DNA of 35,043 nt, taken from Neoechinorhynchus agilis (lineage: Eukaryota > Animalia > Acanthocephala). A program made the translations under genes and the position numbers. Below, in pieces: positions 33,611-35,043 of this stretch. The DNA lies in contig JBMGUZ010000025.1 of the NCBI GenBank assembly GCA_051530055.1, positions 1 to 35,043 of the forward strand, read 5' to 3'. The notes under the pieces are model-generated. The model was not told where the DNA came from, searched no databases, and worked only from the letters and a program-made list of their open reading frames with translations. Each line of letters begins with the position of its first letter. Positions within the stretch are counted from its first letter, which is position 1.

Positions 33611-34367
33611 CCCCCACCGAATGCATTGATGTTATTTTCATTAAACAATCAAAACGCCTCTCAACCCTTGAAACACAATTTCGACCACATATCGATCATT
33701 TTTCTCATGAGCACAACAATCGTAATCCTAATTCGTTTCATCCTCCTTTACCTCGCACCTCTCTCGACCTCTGCTTCTTTTTCCTTACCGCCAAATCTTC
33801 TCGGATATCATAACCTGAAATGAACCTGAGAAAAGACAAAACCTCACAAGCTCTCTTGTAAACAATAACCACCAATTCCCACAAGAACGGACATCCCCGG
33901 ATCGGACATTCCCACCCGACCAAAACAATAATACACTAAATAATCAACAACCGCATTCTTTGAACAACTCTGAACTCGAGTGTTTACGAGGACCCAAAGG
34001 TACATGGGTCCTGTTTTTTGGGCATCAACAAATAAAAGTGTTATTATTGCCTTAAGCACGATAATCAAACCGATGTTGTCTACCATTTTACCGTTTATTT
34101 TTATCATACGAAATGAAGCACACAAAATGTCATCACTTTTTCACGAATTTCAATCGTATTCAATCTGTAAAATATGGACTCGCAAAATATCTCGTGGCTT
34201 TTTATAACCCTCTCGAAACTTAATTGACCATTCGTTCGAATAGATTCGATCCTCACTGAATAAAAAGCCATTGCTTACGCAGATTTAAGTTTCCTTGTGC
34301 TGAGATTAGAGCTAATGCTGATACAAGTTTCGATTTCTGAGCTCATTGAGGGAAATGCGTAATTATT

Positions 34368-34640
34368 CTAAAAGATGTTTTTAATGTAATCTGTTAGCAA
34401 CTTTCTACGAAGCGTAGCGTCCGGTTTCTCAGTTTTGACTATGAAGTTGACGCGATCAATAAATAAACTATCCAAAGCGTTCGATTCGAGGTTGGATGTA
34501 CTCAACAGAATAACATTATTAGTTCTTTTAATTTCTTGGAGGTAGCGAAGCATTGTATTTACGTTGCGGTTGTTGTCTGAAACTTACTCAGAATTTATGC
34601 GGGTAGATTGTGCAATTAATATGGAAAGGTTGCAGCCAAT
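34368..34640 (-). pseudogene. AAA+ ATPase fragment, PCH2/TRIP13-like
   Basis: SE*VSDNNRNVNTMLRYLQEIKRTNNVILLSTSNL..LDSLFIDRVNF resembles TRIP13 [43 protein letters not shown]. In-frame TAA present and Walker B degraded. Confidence 0.55.
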
Positions 34641-35043
34641 CGAAAGCTTTCGTTAACAAAAATTATTCTGATTGGCTACAGATGGCACACTTTTACATTT
34701 AGCACCGGCGATATAGGTCATTAAAGCAACACAATCAACCTGATGTAAGCCCATCTACCCCTTAAATGACAAGGAATAAAAATTTGGATCTTTGTGGGTT
34801 TTTGTATAAACTCATTTTCGCCTTTTTCCTTCGATTTCTTGTCAAAATCCCAATATTGACCCCCTGTTTTCTGTAGACAATGGGTTGTGACTCCATTAAA
34901 TACCATCCGTATTTTCTCAGAAGTTTCGCCAATTTAAGAAGAAGAAAACATTTCTTGATTGATTCTGATGAGATAAAAATCCATTTTGATCCTGGAAGCT
35001 CGAATACTTAATTTCTGGGCAAGGGCTTCTATTAGGGAAGTTT

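Noticed and set aside
34578-34588. gtaagtttcag (minus strand) as an 11-nt intron in the PCH2-like fragment
   Set aside because: Too short for spliceosomal splicing, and its removal breaks the frame.

Overview
AT-rich (~30-35% GC by eye) eukaryotic, probably metazoan, region with no rRNA, tRNA or CRISPR signal. It is a patchwork of broken host genes (CIR1, SRP receptor beta, DHX37-like helicase, SLC22 transporter in 3 copies, an LRR protein, PCH2/TRIP13-like ATPase) and decayed non-LTR retrotransposons (CRE-like, CR1/L2-like and an AT-rich RT family). Two overlapping inverted duplications organise it: A 2378-4544 / A' 14684-16826, and B ~8116-14329 / B' 17245-29311. B/B' carries a ~640-aa protein made of five TFIIS-N-terminal-like helical repeats. 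The standout is a ~4.8-kb GC-richer (~45-50%) intron-less foreign insert (19471-24306) present only in arm B'. It holds an uninterrupted 1164-codon ORF preceded by ~1.3 kb of broken reading frames. It sits between ~845-bp direct repeats, and a 35-nt templated host insertion supplies its stop codon. I infer an endogenous non-retroviral viral element with weak colinear motif similarity to reovirus turret/capping enzymes. That identity is unverified. A haplotype mis-join or amplification chimera could explain part of the inverted architecture.
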